NCBI GenBank assembly: GCA_965215185.1
Contig: OZ244034.1
Coordinates: forward strand, 2,400,001-2,464,000
DNA length: 64,000 nt
Direction: 5' to 3'
Source of the DNA: Acidimicrobiia bacterium
GTDB taxonomy: Bacteria > Actinomycetota > Acidimicrobiia > Spongiisociales > ZC4RG35
The notes beneath the pieces are model-generated. The model made no database searches. It saw only the letters and a list, made by a program, of their open reading frames with translations, and was not told where the DNA came from. Of the stretch, positions 10,469-20,924 are shown piece after piece. The position numbers and the translations under genes were made by a program. How positions within the stretch are numbered: position 1 is the stretch's first letter; every line of letters begins with the position of its first letter.

Positions 10469-11260
10469 TCAGGATCCTACGGTGATCTCTACCGACTCGA
10501 TATAAACGGCTTCGCGGGGAAGGCTCTGCTCGCCGGTGGGAGACAGGGAGGTGCGTATTTGAGTAATGCGGTCCAAGGCTTCCCATCCTTCGGTTATGCG
10601 ACCCAACACGTTGTATTGCGGATTCAGAAATGGAGCATCGTCCAGCATCCAGAAGAATTGGCTGCCGGTGGTGTTCTTGCCGGCGTTGGCCATGGCCACA
10701 ACTCCCCGGGTGTACTGGAAGTCCTCAGCGGGGAATTCGTCGGCGATCTCGTACCCGGCATTTCCCCGCCCGGTGGCGGTGGGATCGCCTCCCTGGGCGA
10801 CGAAACCTTCCAAGATGCGATGAAAGACCGAGCCGTCGTAGTACCCCTCCCGGGCCAGGAACACGAAAGAGTCGACCGTTTGGGGGTAATTCGTGTCAAG
10901 TTGTATCACCACTTCCCCGCACGAGGTTTTCACCCGAGCGGTTACCGTGGTCCCGGCCGTGATGTCTTGGGTTTGGAAGTTCTCGAATCGCATCATCCGC
11001 AGGGGAGGCGGGGCCTGCGCCCCGCATGCGGTGGGCTTATCTCGATATTCCTGGTAGGTATCGGACACTTCCATGAAAGCTGCCTCTTCTTCCTCGCCGG
11101 CCCCCAGGTTGCAGACCACCAGCACCGTCACCAGGGCGATGGCCATCCCCATCCCGATTCCCAGTCGCCTGATGTTCTCTTTACGGGAATGCTTCTTCTT
11201 TTCTGCCTGCAGACGCGCCGTCTTAGCCGCTTTTTGCCGCTGTCGCTTCGTGTTAGCCAC
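10469..11260 (-). CDS. Membrane-anchored cyclophilin-type peptidyl-prolyl isomerase
   Basis: N-terminal TM; FHRI, QGGDP, AMANAG, GSQFF. Confidence 0.92.
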   Translation of the reverse strand: MANTKRQRQKAAKTARLQAEKKKHSRKENIRRLGIGMGMAIALVTVLVVCNLGAGEEEEAAFMEVSDTYQEYRDKPTACGAQAPPPLRMMRFENFQTQDITAGTTVTARVKTSCGEVVIQLDTNYPQTVDSFVFLAREGYYDGSVFHRILEGFVAQGGDPTATGRGNAGYEIADEFPAEDFQYTRGVVAMANAGKNTTGSQFFWMLDDAPFLNPQYNVLGRITEGWEALDRITQIRTSLSPTGEQSLPREAVYIESVEITVGS

Positions 11261-11473
11261 GGAAAGGGGCTCCTTGCGTTATCGGTTTACAAAATGGCTG
11301 GCGCGTGGAACAACAAGATCTATGTTGCCATTCCCTAGAGTCAACCGCTCCCTATTTTACGCGCCGGAAAAGCTGTGCGGGGTGTTGCATCTCTCCCCGT
11401 CGCAAAACCGGTGGCCGGAGGAGGGAGGCAAAGCCGTAAGATTGGGGCCTGGCCCTCTTTCTCTTCCTCGGAT

Positions 11474-12718
11474 ATGTCGCGGATCGTACAAAAATTCGGT
11501 GGTTCTTCTCTCGCCACACCAGATCGGATAAAGAACGTGGCCTCGCGGGTGGTGAGCGCTCGCCGGACCGGCGCCCAGGTGATGGTGGTGGTCTCCGCCA
11601 TGGGCGACACCACAAACAACCTGATGAGTCTGGCTCGGGAAGTTAACCCCCAACCGCCGGCTCGAGAGATGGACATGCTGCTCACCGCCGGGGAGCGTAT
11701 CTCGATGGCCTTGACCGCTATGGCCATCGCCTCACACGGCGTGGAGGCGGTGAGCCTCACCGGCAGCCAGGCCGGGATTCTCACCGATGACACCCACGGG
11801 GCGGCCAAGATCCAGGGGATTACCGGATCTCGTGTCACCGACAACCTCGCCGAGGGGAAGGTCGTGATCGTGGCCGGCTTCCAGGGAGTGAGCCCCCGAT
11901 CCAAGGAGATCACCACCCTAGGCAGGGGTGGCTCCGACACCAGCGCCGTGGCTTTGGCGGCCGCGCTGGGGGGAGACGTGGTAGAGATTTACACCGATGT
12001 GCCGGGGGTGATGACCGCCGATCCCCGGATCGTCCCCGAGGCGCAGAAACTCGATGAGGTCTCTTATGAGGTAATGATGGAGTTGGCCGCAGGGGGAGCG
12101 GGAGTGCTCATCCCTCGGGCGGTGGAAGTGGGGCGGCGATATGGCGTCCCCATCCACGTACGATCTTCTTTCAGCGACTCACCCGGCACTTGGATTAGAA
12201 AGGCGACCGAGATGGAAAGTATGGAACAAGCCATAATCAGCGGAATAGCCCATGACGCCTCGGAGGCGAAGGTCACATTAAGGGAAGTTCCCGACCAACC
12301 GGGCGTTGCGGCTTCCATCTTCGAACCGCTGGCCAAGGCTGGTGTGAATGTCGACATGATCGTGCAAAACGTTTCCCGGGAGGGTCTGTCCGACGTCAGC
12401 TTCACAATCCCCAAGAGCTGCATGGATTGGGCGGAAGAGGTGGTGAGGATGATCGGACGTCAGGTGCGTGCTTCGGCGGTGGAGATTCACCACGACATCG
12501 CCAAGGTGTCACTGATCGGAGCGGGGATGAAAACCGAGCCGGGCGTGGCGGCCCGGGTGTTTCGTACCCTGGGCCAGGCCGGGATCAACATAGAGATGAT
12601 CTCCACCTCCACCATCAGAATCTCCTGCGTGGTGGACCAATCGGAGATGAGCAGAGCCGTGCAGGCGCTTCACCGCGAGTTCAGACCCCCCCTCATCAGA
12701 AGCGAGTGGGGAGCATGA
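11474..12718 (+). CDS. ask: Aspartate kinase
   Basis: [28 protein letters not shown] domains. Internal MEQAIISG matches the actinobacterial beta-subunit start. Confidence 0.96.
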   Translation: MSRIVQKFGGSSLATPDRIKNVASRVVSARRTGAQVMVVVSAMGDTTNNLMSLAREVNPQPPAREMDMLLTAGERISMALTAMAIASHGVEAVSLTGSQAGILTDDTHGAAKIQGITGSRVTDNLAEGKVVIVAGFQGVSPRSKEITTLGRGGSDTSAVALAAALGGDVVEIYTDVPGVMTADPRIVPEAQKLDEVSYEVMMELAAGGAGVLIPRAVEVGRRYGVPIHVRSSFSDSPGTWIRKATEMESMEQAIISGIAHDASEAKVTLREVPDQPGVAASIFEPLAKAGVNVDMIVQNVSREGLSDVSFTIPKSCMDWAEEVVRMIGRQVRASAVEIHHDIAKVSLIGAGMKTEPGVAARVFRTLGQAGINIEMISTSTIRISCVVDQSEMSRAVQALHREFRPPLIRSEWGA

Positions 12719-13728
12719 GCGTCGACCTGGCTTTGGTGGGCGCCACCGGGGCGGTCGGTCGCACCGCCCTTGAGATACTGGCCAACCGGGACTTTCCCAT
12801 CGGCCGGTTGCGCCTGATCGCTTCGGCTCGCTCCGCCGGGCAGAAGATCTCCACTGCCTGGGGAAAGGTGGAAGTGGAAGATCTCGACGAGGTTGAACCC
12901 GACGGGATCGAACTGGCGATCTTCTCGGCCGGGGCCTCCCGCTCTCGGATCCACGCCCCTCGCTTCGTGGCAGGGGGAGCGGTGGTGGTCGACAACTCGT
13001 CCTGTTTTCGCATGGACCCCTCGGTTCCGTTGGTGGTGGCCGACGTCAACGACCATGCACTGGGGTCGCACCAGGGAATCGTGGCCAATCCCAATTGCAC
13101 GACCATGGTGTTGATGATGGCGGTCGCTCCCCTTCACCGGGAAGCAGGCATTCGCTCGATGGTGGCCACCTCGTATCAATCGGTTTCGGGCTCGGGACAG
13201 AGAGGGATGACCGAGCTCTCCGAGCAGATTCATCATTTCCTGGAGAACCCCTCCGGCCTGACACAGGGAGGCTGGGCCGATCCCCACGGCGACGTGTACA
13301 GCCGTCCCATCGGGTTCAACGTGCTGCCCTTGGCCGGAACGGAGACGCAACGCAGCTACACCGACGAAGAGTGGAAGCTGGTAAACGAGTCCCGAAAAAT
13401 CCTCGAACAGGCAGAGTTGGCCGTTGAACCCACCTGTGTGAGGGTCCCGGTCATGGTTGGCCACGGCCTGGCCGCCTCGGTGTGGTTCGACCGTCCCGTG
13501 AATCGAACCGAGACGCTGCAGATTCTGGGTGAGGCGCCGGGTTTGGAGGTCTGGGAAGATGTCCCCCCCACCCCTCTGGACAGCGCCGGAAAAGACCACG
13601 CCCTGGTAGGCCGAATACGGGAAACGGTGGGAATACCCGGTGGGATCAACCTGTGGGTGGTGGGCGACAATCTCCGCAAGGGGGCGGCGCTCAACGCCAT
13701 CCAACTAGCCGAGCGACTCACGCTTTAG
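12715..13728 (+). CDS. asd: Aspartate-semialdehyde dehydrogenase
   Basis: [34 protein letters not shown]; ATGA-coupled to ask. Confidence 0.96.
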   Translation: MSVDLALVGATGAVGRTALEILANRDFPIGRLRLIASARSAGQKISTAWGKVEVEDLDEVEPDGIELAIFSAGASRSRIHAPRFVAGGAVVVDNSSCFRMDPSVPLVVADVNDHALGSHQGIVANPNCTTMVLMMAVAPLHREAGIRSMVATSYQSVSGSGQRGMTELSEQIHHFLENPSGLTQGGWADPHGDVYSRPIGFNVLPLAGTETQRSYTDEEWKLVNESRKILEQAELAVEPTCVRVPVMVGHGLAASVWFDRPVNRTETLQILGEAPGLEVWEDVPPTPLDSAGKDHALVGRIRETVGIPGGINLWVVGDNLRKGAALNAIQLAERLTL

Positions 13729-13860
13729 GTTGTTCTTTCCAGGCCGCGAATAACCTTTCGCAAACGGGGTTGGCTCTTGTCCCAACCGTTCCTTTTTGGA
13801 TAGATGGTTGTTCCTATCCCGGCGTTCCGAACGATCTTGAACGCCTGTGCAACTCACTAA

Positions 13861-15435
13861 TCAGGGTTCCGCTCGGGCGGTCGTAACACCCACAGAATGT
13901 GAGCGCTCGCGCCGGTCGTTGTCTGTTGTGTGCGCCATGCCAGTTGCATTAGCGGTCTGCTGGACAGTTGCTTTCCCGTGCCTATCCTCCGGTAGGCAAG
14001 AGCTCTGACTGCTTTTACGCTTCTCGCTATATCCCTGGCTTCTTCTGCCGATCACCACTGCGGCCGCCTGGTGGCGGTCGCCGCGTTGTCGGCGAGATCT
14101 ATCTAAGGGCTTCTTCCAGTATCTGGCTCCCCAGATACTGGTGTAGGCCGGATCCACCGCTATCACCACCATGCCATGACGGTACGCCGCCGAGGCAATG
14201 GTGTGGACGAACTTGGCGGTGGGTATGCCGCACACCTTGCGGCGGGTGGTCTTGCCTGCTTTGCCTCTCCGTCCCCTCTGCCTGGTGCGAATGTCCTCAA
14301 AGTTGAGCTTCTCCACGGCTATGACCGTCACGCCCTGTTGTTTGGCACGTTTGACGAGATGGCTGACCCCTTCTCGCAGCCCTCCGAGGCGGTGAGCCGA
14401 GGATCCCCGTTCGGGAATGTTTTCTCTGACGGGTCCGCCTATCGGGTTGCCGTGAACATCCAACACCCGTGCGTCCACATGTCCCGAGTTGACGTCTATC
14501 GCCAAGCACCTGCCCGACCTGGCCGCTTCTTTAACTCCGGGACTTTCTTTGGGTGGCTGAGACCATGAGGCGGTGATGTACCAGCGCTCCCTGCCTGGGT
14601 CGAAACGAATGTGGTAGCCGACCGCCCGGTCAGAAGAGGCCTGCGTGTTCCACTCGTCGGCCAGGTGATGCCAGCGTATGGGTGTGGAGAGCCGGTAGGT
14701 GGGTGTTCTGCCCGGAGTGTTGGACAGATGGCTGAGAGGTGCGGGTAGGCGGATAGTCACCGTGTATTCATCTCCGCGGTGAGGGGCGACTCTGATGGTC
14801 TCGTTGCCGAAAGGTTTTCCCGCCTCACCGTCGGCGGAGAGGAACATTCGTTTAGCGTTCCACTGGTAGCGCCACTCATCCAAAGAGAGGCCTGCTGCTT
14901 CGAGGTTGTGGCGTTTGCGAGCCAGGCGTGTGCCGCCCACCACCACTGATACACGGCCCTCGGCCAGGCGCTGCTCTGTGCTAGCCAGCCTGGCTACCAG
15001 TTTCTGGCGGCGGCGCTGCTTCTGGTAACGCTCGGAACGGCTGGCATAGCCGCGCTTCTTGCGTTTCCCTTCTCCTACCGGCAGAACGAGGCGGCGATCC
15101 AACTCGGCTAACTCCTTGCGATCCCGATACTCCAAGTCCTCCAAATTGAGCAGTTCTCTTTCCCACATGTCATCGGTAGTGCGGGTAATAGCACCCGCCC
15201 AGCGAGAAGAACACTGTGGAGTCAACACACGTTTCCGTTTGGCGCGTCCCAGGTACTTAGGTCCCGCTCCGAGGCGGCACCGCGTAGCCAGGTCGGAACG
15301 CAACAGGCTGCCCAAATGTTCGCCTATCTCCCGCAACACTGTCTCATCAGAATCCGAAGGGAACAAACGCGTTCTGGAACTCACCGCTTGGGGAGGGGCG
15401 ACCACAAAGGGCTCGATCAGAGCACGCTTGGTCAC
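13861..15435 (-). CDS. tnpB: TnpB-like RNA-guided nuclease, large actinobacterial type lacking the Zn finger
   Basis: RuvC-I LAIDVN, RuvC-II AVEKLNF, VDPAYTS, RuvC-III region DRHQAAAVVIGRR; GTG start overlaps the tnpA stop. Confidence 0.85.
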   Translation of the reverse strand: MTKRALIEPFVVAPPQAVSSRTRLFPSDSDETVLREIGEHLGSLLRSDLATRCRLGAGPKYLGRAKRKRVLTPQCSSRWAGAITRTTDDMWERELLNLEDLEYRDRKELAELDRRLVLPVGEGKRKKRGYASRSERYQKQRRRQKLVARLASTEQRLAEGRVSVVVGGTRLARKRHNLEAAGLSLDEWRYQWNAKRMFLSADGEAGKPFGNETIRVAPHRGDEYTVTIRLPAPLSHLSNTPGRTPTYRLSTPIRWHHLADEWNTQASSDRAVGYHIRFDPGRERWYITASWSQPPKESPGVKEAARSGRCLAIDVNSGHVDARVLDVHGNPIGGPVRENIPERGSSAHRLGGLREGVSHLVKRAKQQGVTVIAVEKLNFEDIRTRQRGRRGKAGKTTRRKVCGIPTAKFVHTIASAAYRHGMVVIAVDPAYTSIWGARYWKKPLDRSRRQRGDRHQAAAVVIGRRSQGYSEKRKSSQSSCLPEDRHGKATVQQTANATGMAHTTDNDRRERSHSVGVTTARAEP

Positions 15436-16034
15436 GTCGAGGCTGCTTTCAGGGCTTTCTCGGCGCGTCTCGCCGCCGATCTCTTGCCGTACAGACGGGC
15501 ACAAAACAATGTCAACACCTCAGTCACATCTCGCACCAGGTCATCCTCCACCTCGCCATCCTCCATCACCACGATCTCCCCACCGCCGCCACGAACAGCC
15601 GCTTCCACCATCTCAAATCCGAACCTCGCCAACCGGTCCCTGTGTTCCACCACCAGCCGCACAGCACCACCGGATCCCAACACTCTCAGTAGCTTCCTGC
15701 GCTTGCCGTTCATGCCCGACGCTGTTTCCATCACAACCTCGTCCACTACCCAGCCTCTCTTGCGAGCAAACACTTGAACGCGTTCCACCTGTCGTATCAA
15801 ATCGGCGGACTGACCAGAACTGGACACTCGGGCGTACAGCACCGTGCGTATACCCGACGCTACAACCGCTGAACGGGACCGGACATAATAGATACGTCCG
15901 ATCTTCTGCACTTCCAAGTCTTTGGGAAGGCGACCATCTTTCATCATCTGCCACGACACTCTCGGCACCCGTCCGAACTGTCGTCCCCAGTCGGACAAAC
16001 GAACCCAGCCACCACTAGAAAGGTCAGCACTCAT
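15432..16034 (-). CDS. tnpA: IS607-type serine recombinase/transposase
   Basis: N-terminal MerR-like HTH, YARVSS, EHRDRLARFG, DLVRDVTEVLTLFCARLYGKRS. Confidence 0.93.
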   Translation of the reverse strand: MSADLSSGGWVRLSDWGRQFGRVPRVSWQMMKDGRLPKDLEVQKIGRIYYVRSRSAVVASGIRTVLYARVSSSGQSADLIRQVERVQVFARKRGWVVDEVVMETASGMNGKRRKLLRVLGSGGAVRLVVEHRDRLARFGFEMVEAAVRGGGGEIVVMEDGEVEDDLVRDVTEVLTLFCARLYGKRSAARRAEKALKAAST

Positions 16035-16196
16035 CAACAACAATCTACTAAAACGGCAACAGTTGTCAACCCCTTTTCATATTGCTTAAGAGCCAAATAC
16101 ACGAAAAGCGGTCTGGGGACGCTTTCAAGGTGCCCGGCTCGGTGCTCATGAATCTTGTCCGAATCCGCCGCTAACCCGATGGCTATGCTCGCAAAT

Positions 16197-17036
16197 ATGA
16201 CTGCCTGGATTACTACTTCCGACGGAGCGCGCATCGCCTATCACGAAATGGGCGCCAGCGACCCGCCCATAGTCTTTGTCCACGGTATCTACGGCAACCG
16301 GAGAGGCTTCGGCTTCCAGGAGGAGTATTTCTCGCCCAACCACCGGTGCGTGGCGGTTGACCTGAGGGGCAACGGAGATAGCGACAAGCCCAATGAGGTT
16401 TATTCGATAGCTCAATATGCCGATGACGTCGCTGAATTGATCCGGCAACTGGGCCTGGGGCGATCCGTCTTGGTAGGCCATAGCATGGGCGGGCAGGTGG
16501 TGATCTCGGTCGCCGCTCGTCACCCTAAACTGGTGATGGCCGTGGCCAGCTTGGACTCACCCAGCAACATCCCTGGGTGGCAAAACCGCTTTCATGCACC
16601 CTTTGACCACCTGATGACTTTCGACGGTCCCTACCGGGAGGCAGTGCATGCCTTCCTGAAAGCCGCTTATCTTCCCACCGATGATCCCTCTCGTGTCGGG
16701 GGGCTGGCCGACCGGCTGGCCGGGATTCCCGATCATGTGATCGTCAGGGCTTGGCAGGCGATGAGCGCCTACAACCCGACCTCCACCCTTCGCCAGATGA
16801 GGTGTCCCTATCTCTATATCGATTGCGGCCAGCCCGATCTCGACCTGGGTCTGTTACGAGAACTATGTCCACAGGTGGTGATCGGCAAGACGGTGGGCGC
16901 CGGGCATCAGGCCACCAAGGATGTGCCGGACCAGATCAACGCCATGCTCAATCGTTTCATTCAACACGCCGAGGGCATCGCCGCCGAAATGATCCGCACC
17001 GGCGGAGTCTTCCAATACAATTTTCCCTCAGCTTGA
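16197..17036 (+). CDS. Alpha/beta hydrolase, tandem copy 1
   Basis: HG oxyanion motif, DLRGNGDS, GHSMG elbow, GAGH. Confidence 0.92.
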   Translation: MTAWITTSDGARIAYHEMGASDPPIVFVHGIYGNRRGFGFQEEYFSPNHRCVAVDLRGNGDSDKPNEVYSIAQYADDVAELIRQLGLGRSVLVGHSMGGQVVISVAARHPKLVMAVASLDSPSNIPGWQNRFHAPFDHLMTFDGPYREAVHAFLKAAYLPTDDPSRVGGLADRLAGIPDHVIVRAWQAMSAYNPTSTLRQMRCPYLYIDCGQPDLDLGLLRELCPQVVIGKTVGAGHQATKDVPDQINAMLNRFIQHAEGIAAEMIRTGGVFQYNFPSA

Positions 17037-17050
17037 AAGATCGCCCGCAT

Positions 17051-17890
17051 ATGACTGAACGATTCACCACCTCCGACGGCGTACGCATCGCCTACCACCA
17101 AGTAGGGGAGGGCGACCTCGCCATCATCTTCATCCACGGCGCCTACAGCAATCGAAGAGGCTTCGGCTTCCAAGAGGAGTACTTCTCCCCCAACCACCGC
17201 TGCGTGGCGGTCGACCTGAGGGGACACGGGGACAGCGACAAGCCCGATCACCTTTACACCATGTCCCAGCATGCCGATGATGTAGCGGAACTGATCCGGC
17301 ATCTCGGGCTCCAGCGACCGGTGCTGGTGGGCCAGAGCTTGGGCGGCCAGGTGATCATCGCCGCCGCCGCTCGGCATCCCGAACTGGTGGGCGCCGTCGC
17401 CAGCCTGGACTCACCCAGCAACATCCCCGGATGGCACCAGCGTTTTCACGAACCCTTCGACCACCTGATAGCCAAGGGCGGCCCACTCCGGGAGACGGTG
17501 CAGATGTTTCTGAGCGCCGCCTACCTGCCCACCGACGACCCCTCCCGACTGGGGGGAATGGCTGCACGGCTGGCAGAGGTTCCCGATCATGTGATATTCA
17601 ATAGTTGGCACGGCAAAAGCGATTTCGATCCGGGGCCGATGCTGCGCCGACTTAAGTGCCCTTATCTCTACATCGATTGCGGCCAGCCGGATCTCGACCT
17701 GGATCTGCTGCGGGAGTTGTGCCCGCAGGTGGTGATCGGCAAGACAGTGGGCGCCGGACACAAGGCTCTCCTGGATGTCCCGGACCAGATCAATGCCATG
17801 CTCAACCGTTTCATCCAGCACTCCGACGGCATCGCCGCCGAAATGGTCCGCACCGGCGGAGTCTTCCAATACAACTTCCCCGAGACCTAA
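17051..17890 (+). CDS. Alpha/beta hydrolase, tandem copy 2
   Basis: DLRGHGDS, GQSLG, GAGH; same length as paralogs. Confidence 0.92.
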   Translation: MTERFTTSDGVRIAYHQVGEGDLAIIFIHGAYSNRRGFGFQEEYFSPNHRCVAVDLRGHGDSDKPDHLYTMSQHADDVAELIRHLGLQRPVLVGQSLGGQVIIAAAARHPELVGAVASLDSPSNIPGWHQRFHEPFDHLIAKGGPLRETVQMFLSAAYLPTDDPSRLGGMAARLAEVPDHVIFNSWHGKSDFDPGPMLRRLKCPYLYIDCGQPDLDLDLLRELCPQVVIGKTVGAGHKALLDVPDQINAMLNRFIQHSDGIAAEMVRTGGVFQYNFPET

Positions 17891-17905
17891 AGAAAGCCAG
17901 GCTCG

Positions 17906-17930
17906 CCAACCGGACCAGGTTGCCGGTTGG
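17906..17930 (+). terminator. Stem-loop after hydrolase copy 2 (possible terminator)
   Basis: CCAACCGG-N9-CCGGTTGG; weak U tail. Confidence 0.4.
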
Positions 17931-17995
17931 TTCAGGACTTTCTGGGACGAACTTTCTGATGTTCCACCCACACGCCGACAACTAGGCTGTGGCCC

Positions 17996-18835
17996 ATGAC
18001 TGAATGGATCACCACCTCCGACGGCGTACGAATCGCCTACCACCAAGTGGGGGAGGGCGACCCCGCCATCATCTTCATTCACGGCGCCTACAGCAATCGA
18101 AGAGGCTTCGGCTTCCAAGAGGAGTACTTCTCCCCCAACCACCGCTGCGTGGCGGTCGACCTGAGGGGACACGGCGAAAGCGACAAACCCGACGAGATCT
18201 ACACCATGGACAGACACGGGGATGATGTGGCTGAACTCATCCGCCACCTGGGGTTGGAGAAGCCGGCGCTGGTGGGCCAAAGCATGGGCGGCCAGGTGAT
18301 CATCGCCGCCGCGGCTCGGCATCCCGAACTGGTGGGCGCCATCGCCAGCCTCGACTCACCCAGCAACATACCCGGATGGCACCAGCGCCATCACGGTCCC
18401 TACCAACACCTGATGACCAAAGACGGCCCATTCCGAGAGACACTCATCGCCTTTCTGAGCGCCGCCTACCTTCCCACCGACAACCCTACCCGGCTCGGGG
18501 GAATGGCCGAGCGGCTGGCCGAAGTCCCCGACCATGTGATTACCAACAGTTGGCAGGGTAAAGAGAACTACGACCCCACACCGACCCTACGCCGGGTGCG
18601 ATGCCCCTATCTTTATATCGATTGCGGCCAGCCGGATCTCGAGCTGGACCTGCTGCGAGACTTGTGTCCGCAGGTTGTGGTTGGAAAAACGGTCGGCGCC
18701 GGACACAAGGCGCTCCAGGATGTACCCGACCAGATCAACGCCATGCTCAACCGTTTCATCCAACACGCCGACGGCATCGCCGCCGAAATGGTCCGCACCG
18801 GCGGAGTCTTCCAATACAACTTCCCCAAGACCTAA
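17996..18835 (+). CDS. Alpha/beta hydrolase, tandem copy 3
   Basis: DLRGHGES, GQSMG, GAGH. Confidence 0.92.
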   Translation: MTEWITTSDGVRIAYHQVGEGDPAIIFIHGAYSNRRGFGFQEEYFSPNHRCVAVDLRGHGESDKPDEIYTMDRHGDDVAELIRHLGLEKPALVGQSMGGQVIIAAAARHPELVGAIASLDSPSNIPGWHQRHHGPYQHLMTKDGPFRETLIAFLSAAYLPTDNPTRLGGMAERLAEVPDHVITNSWQGKENYDPTPTLRRVRCPYLYIDCGQPDLELDLLRDLCPQVVVGKTVGAGHKALQDVPDQINAMLNRFIQHADGIAAEMVRTGGVFQYNFPKT

Positions 18836-18936
18836 ACCCCGCTTCTCGCAAGGGACTCAAGTTCTTACCAGTCCTGTGACCAGCGTGGAGGGTGACCTTG
18901 GAATTCCACCCGCACCCGGCAAGTAAGCTCCGGTCC

Positions 18937-19776
18937 ATGACTGAATGGATCACCACCTCCGACGGCGTACGCATCGCCTACCACCAAGTAGGCGCCGGCG
19001 ACCCGGCCATCATCTTCATTCACGGCGGATTCGGAAACCGGGGCGGCTTCGGCTTCCAAGAGGAGTACTTCTCGCCCAGCCATCGCTGTGTGGCAGTGGA
19101 CCTGCGGGGCCATGGTGAAAGCGACAAACCCGATGAGATATACACAATGGAGGGTCATGCCGACGACGTGGCGGAACTGATCCGTCAACTGGGCCTCAAA
19201 AGACCGGTGCTGGTGGGCCAGAGCATGGGCGGCCAGGTCTTAATCTCCACCGCCGCCCGCCATCCCGAGTTGGTGGGCGCCATCGCCAGCCTCGACTCAC
19301 CCAGCAACATCCCCGGATGGCACGACCGCCATCATGGTCCATTCGATCACCTGATGACCAAGGACCAGCCGTTCCGCGATACCCTGCGCGACTTCCTCAA
19401 AGCCTCCTACCTACCCACCGACGATCCCTCGCGGGTGGCCACCATCGGCAACCGGTTGGCGGAAGTGCCTGACCATGTCATCCTCAACGGCTGGCAGGGG
19501 ATGATGGGCTTTGACGCGGGGCCGCTACTGGCCGGGGTGCAGTGTCCGTATCTGTACATCGACTGTGGACAGCCGGATCTCGATCTCGAACTACTCCGCG
19601 AGTTATGCCCCCAAGTTGTGATCGGAAAGCCCGTCGGCGCCGGACATAAGGCGCTCCAGGATGTGCCCGACCAGATCAACGCCATGCTCAACCGTTTCAT
19701 CCAACACGCCGACGGCATCGCCGCCGAAATGATCCGCACCGGCGGAGTCTTCCAATACAATTTCCCTGACGTTTAG
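18937..19776 (+). CDS. Alpha/beta hydrolase, tandem copy 4
   Basis: HGGFG, DLRGHGES, GQSMG, GAGH. Confidence 0.92.
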   Translation: MTEWITTSDGVRIAYHQVGAGDPAIIFIHGGFGNRGGFGFQEEYFSPSHRCVAVDLRGHGESDKPDEIYTMEGHADDVAELIRQLGLKRPVLVGQSMGGQVLISTAARHPELVGAIASLDSPSNIPGWHDRHHGPFDHLMTKDQPFRDTLRDFLKASYLPTDDPSRVATIGNRLAEVPDHVILNGWQGMMGFDAGPLLAGVQCPYLYIDCGQPDLDLELLRELCPQVVIGKPVGAGHKALQDVPDQINAMLNRFIQHADGIAAEMIRTGGVFQYNFPDV

Positions 19777-19921
19777 AAGACCCCTGCCGCCTGAAGATCA
19801 GGCTGGTTAATACTTGCTGCCTTGACCGAGGTCGACCCTCAAGGCCTCTAGCAACTAGCAGCTGAAGGGGCGGCAGCCGCTAATACCGGGCAAGGCCGCG
19901 GCCGATCTCAAACCGCCGTCG

Positions 19922-20836
19922 CTAGCCAGCGATGGACATAACCAGGCCAACCCCCACCAGCCCGACCCCGGTCCACTGCAGGCTATGGAGCCGTTCGTTG
20001 AAGAACATCACCGCGCCGATCACGGCTATCACCCGCCCACTTTGGGAGAGGATCCCGATCAACCAAGCCGGCGCATAAGCCAAGCCATATCCGAAAGTCA
20101 CGAAAGAAACGGCGTCGATCAACCCCACCAACCCCAACATCCATCCGCTCTTCCAGGTCAGTTTGGCTATTACCTGCTCACCAAACCTTGACGGGGAGTC
20201 AACTCCCCTGCGTAATCGCCGGTCGGCGACCCGGGAGACTATCACAAACACGAAGAAGACGTAGGCCACCGTGTAGGCACGCTGGGTGATGATGGTCCAG
20301 TTGGAATCCAGTCCATCACGGATGGGTATCTTCAAGCCAGCATTGGATAGGGACCCCACCAGTACCGCGATCATGGCAAAGACCGGCCCCCAGGTGACCA
20401 GTCGGATCTTGGCGCCTTTTTCGATCACCAGCGAAGCCAGCACCGCTCCCAGAGCCGCGATCGGGATCCCGATCCACTGCACCGTACTCGGCCTCTCGGC
20501 CAGCAACCAATAGGAGTAGACCACGGTGACAGCCCCCGACAGGGCGCTGATAGGGCTCACCACCGAGATCGGACCTAAGCGCAAGGCCATGTAACTGCCT
20601 AGAAACGACCCTCCCGCTGCCGCGCCCAGCCATCCCAGAAAGATGATCTGGTCTTTGTTGATCGCCAACGGCACACCGATGGCCAACGCCCAGGCGATCA
20701 TCACCACAAAGGCTATGGACAGAGTGATGGTGGTGGAACGCAACACGCCGAAGCGGCGAGCAACCACCGCAGTTAATAGGTTGTTGACACCCAGCGTCAC
20801 CGCCGTAATCAGCCCGAATACGACGCCGGTCACCAT
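19922..20836 (-). CDS. DMT/EamA family transporter
   Basis: About 10 TM in two repeats; GPISVVSPI, LAERP / FNERL. Confidence 0.85.
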   Translation of the reverse strand: MVTGVVFGLITAVTLGVNNLLTAVVARRFGVLRSTTITLSIAFVVMIAWALAIGVPLAINKDQIIFLGWLGAAAGGSFLGSYMALRLGPISVVSPISALSGAVTVVYSYWLLAERPSTVQWIGIPIAALGAVLASLVIEKGAKIRLVTWGPVFAMIAVLVGSLSNAGLKIPIRDGLDSNWTIITQRAYTVAYVFFVFVIVSRVADRRLRRGVDSPSRFGEQVIAKLTWKSGWMLGLVGLIDAVSFVTFGYGLAYAPAWLIGILSQSGRVIAVIGAVMFFNERLHSLQWTGVGLVGVGLVMSIAG

Positions 20837-20924
20837 AGTGCTATACGTCCCGGATGTAGAGGAACACCGGACAACCAGTCGGCCTTGACAGGCTCCTTCG
20901 CCTCAAACCGAATCCGGTTAGGAC

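Larger units (their letters stand above)
13786..16075 (-). mobile_element. IS607-family element (tnpA serine recombinase + tnpB); ends approximate
   Basis: Coupled tnpA-tnpB (GTGA overlap). Candidate right end ...AGGAACGG at 13793-13786 and candidate left end GG-TTGACA near 16072. Confidence 0.8.

Noticed and set aside
11261-11473. Lysine riboswitch upstream of ask
   Set aside because: No recognisable L-box conserved motifs by eye; would need an Rfam scan.
13770-16096. 9-bp inverted repeat TTGGCTCTT/AAGAGCCAA around the IS607 element
   Set aside because: Too short, does not extend, and has no TSD; IS607 ends do not use TIRs.
16197-19776. Diversity-generating retroelement explaining the hydrolase repeats
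   Set aside because: No reverse transcriptase; differences are not adenine-specific and all copies are full genes.
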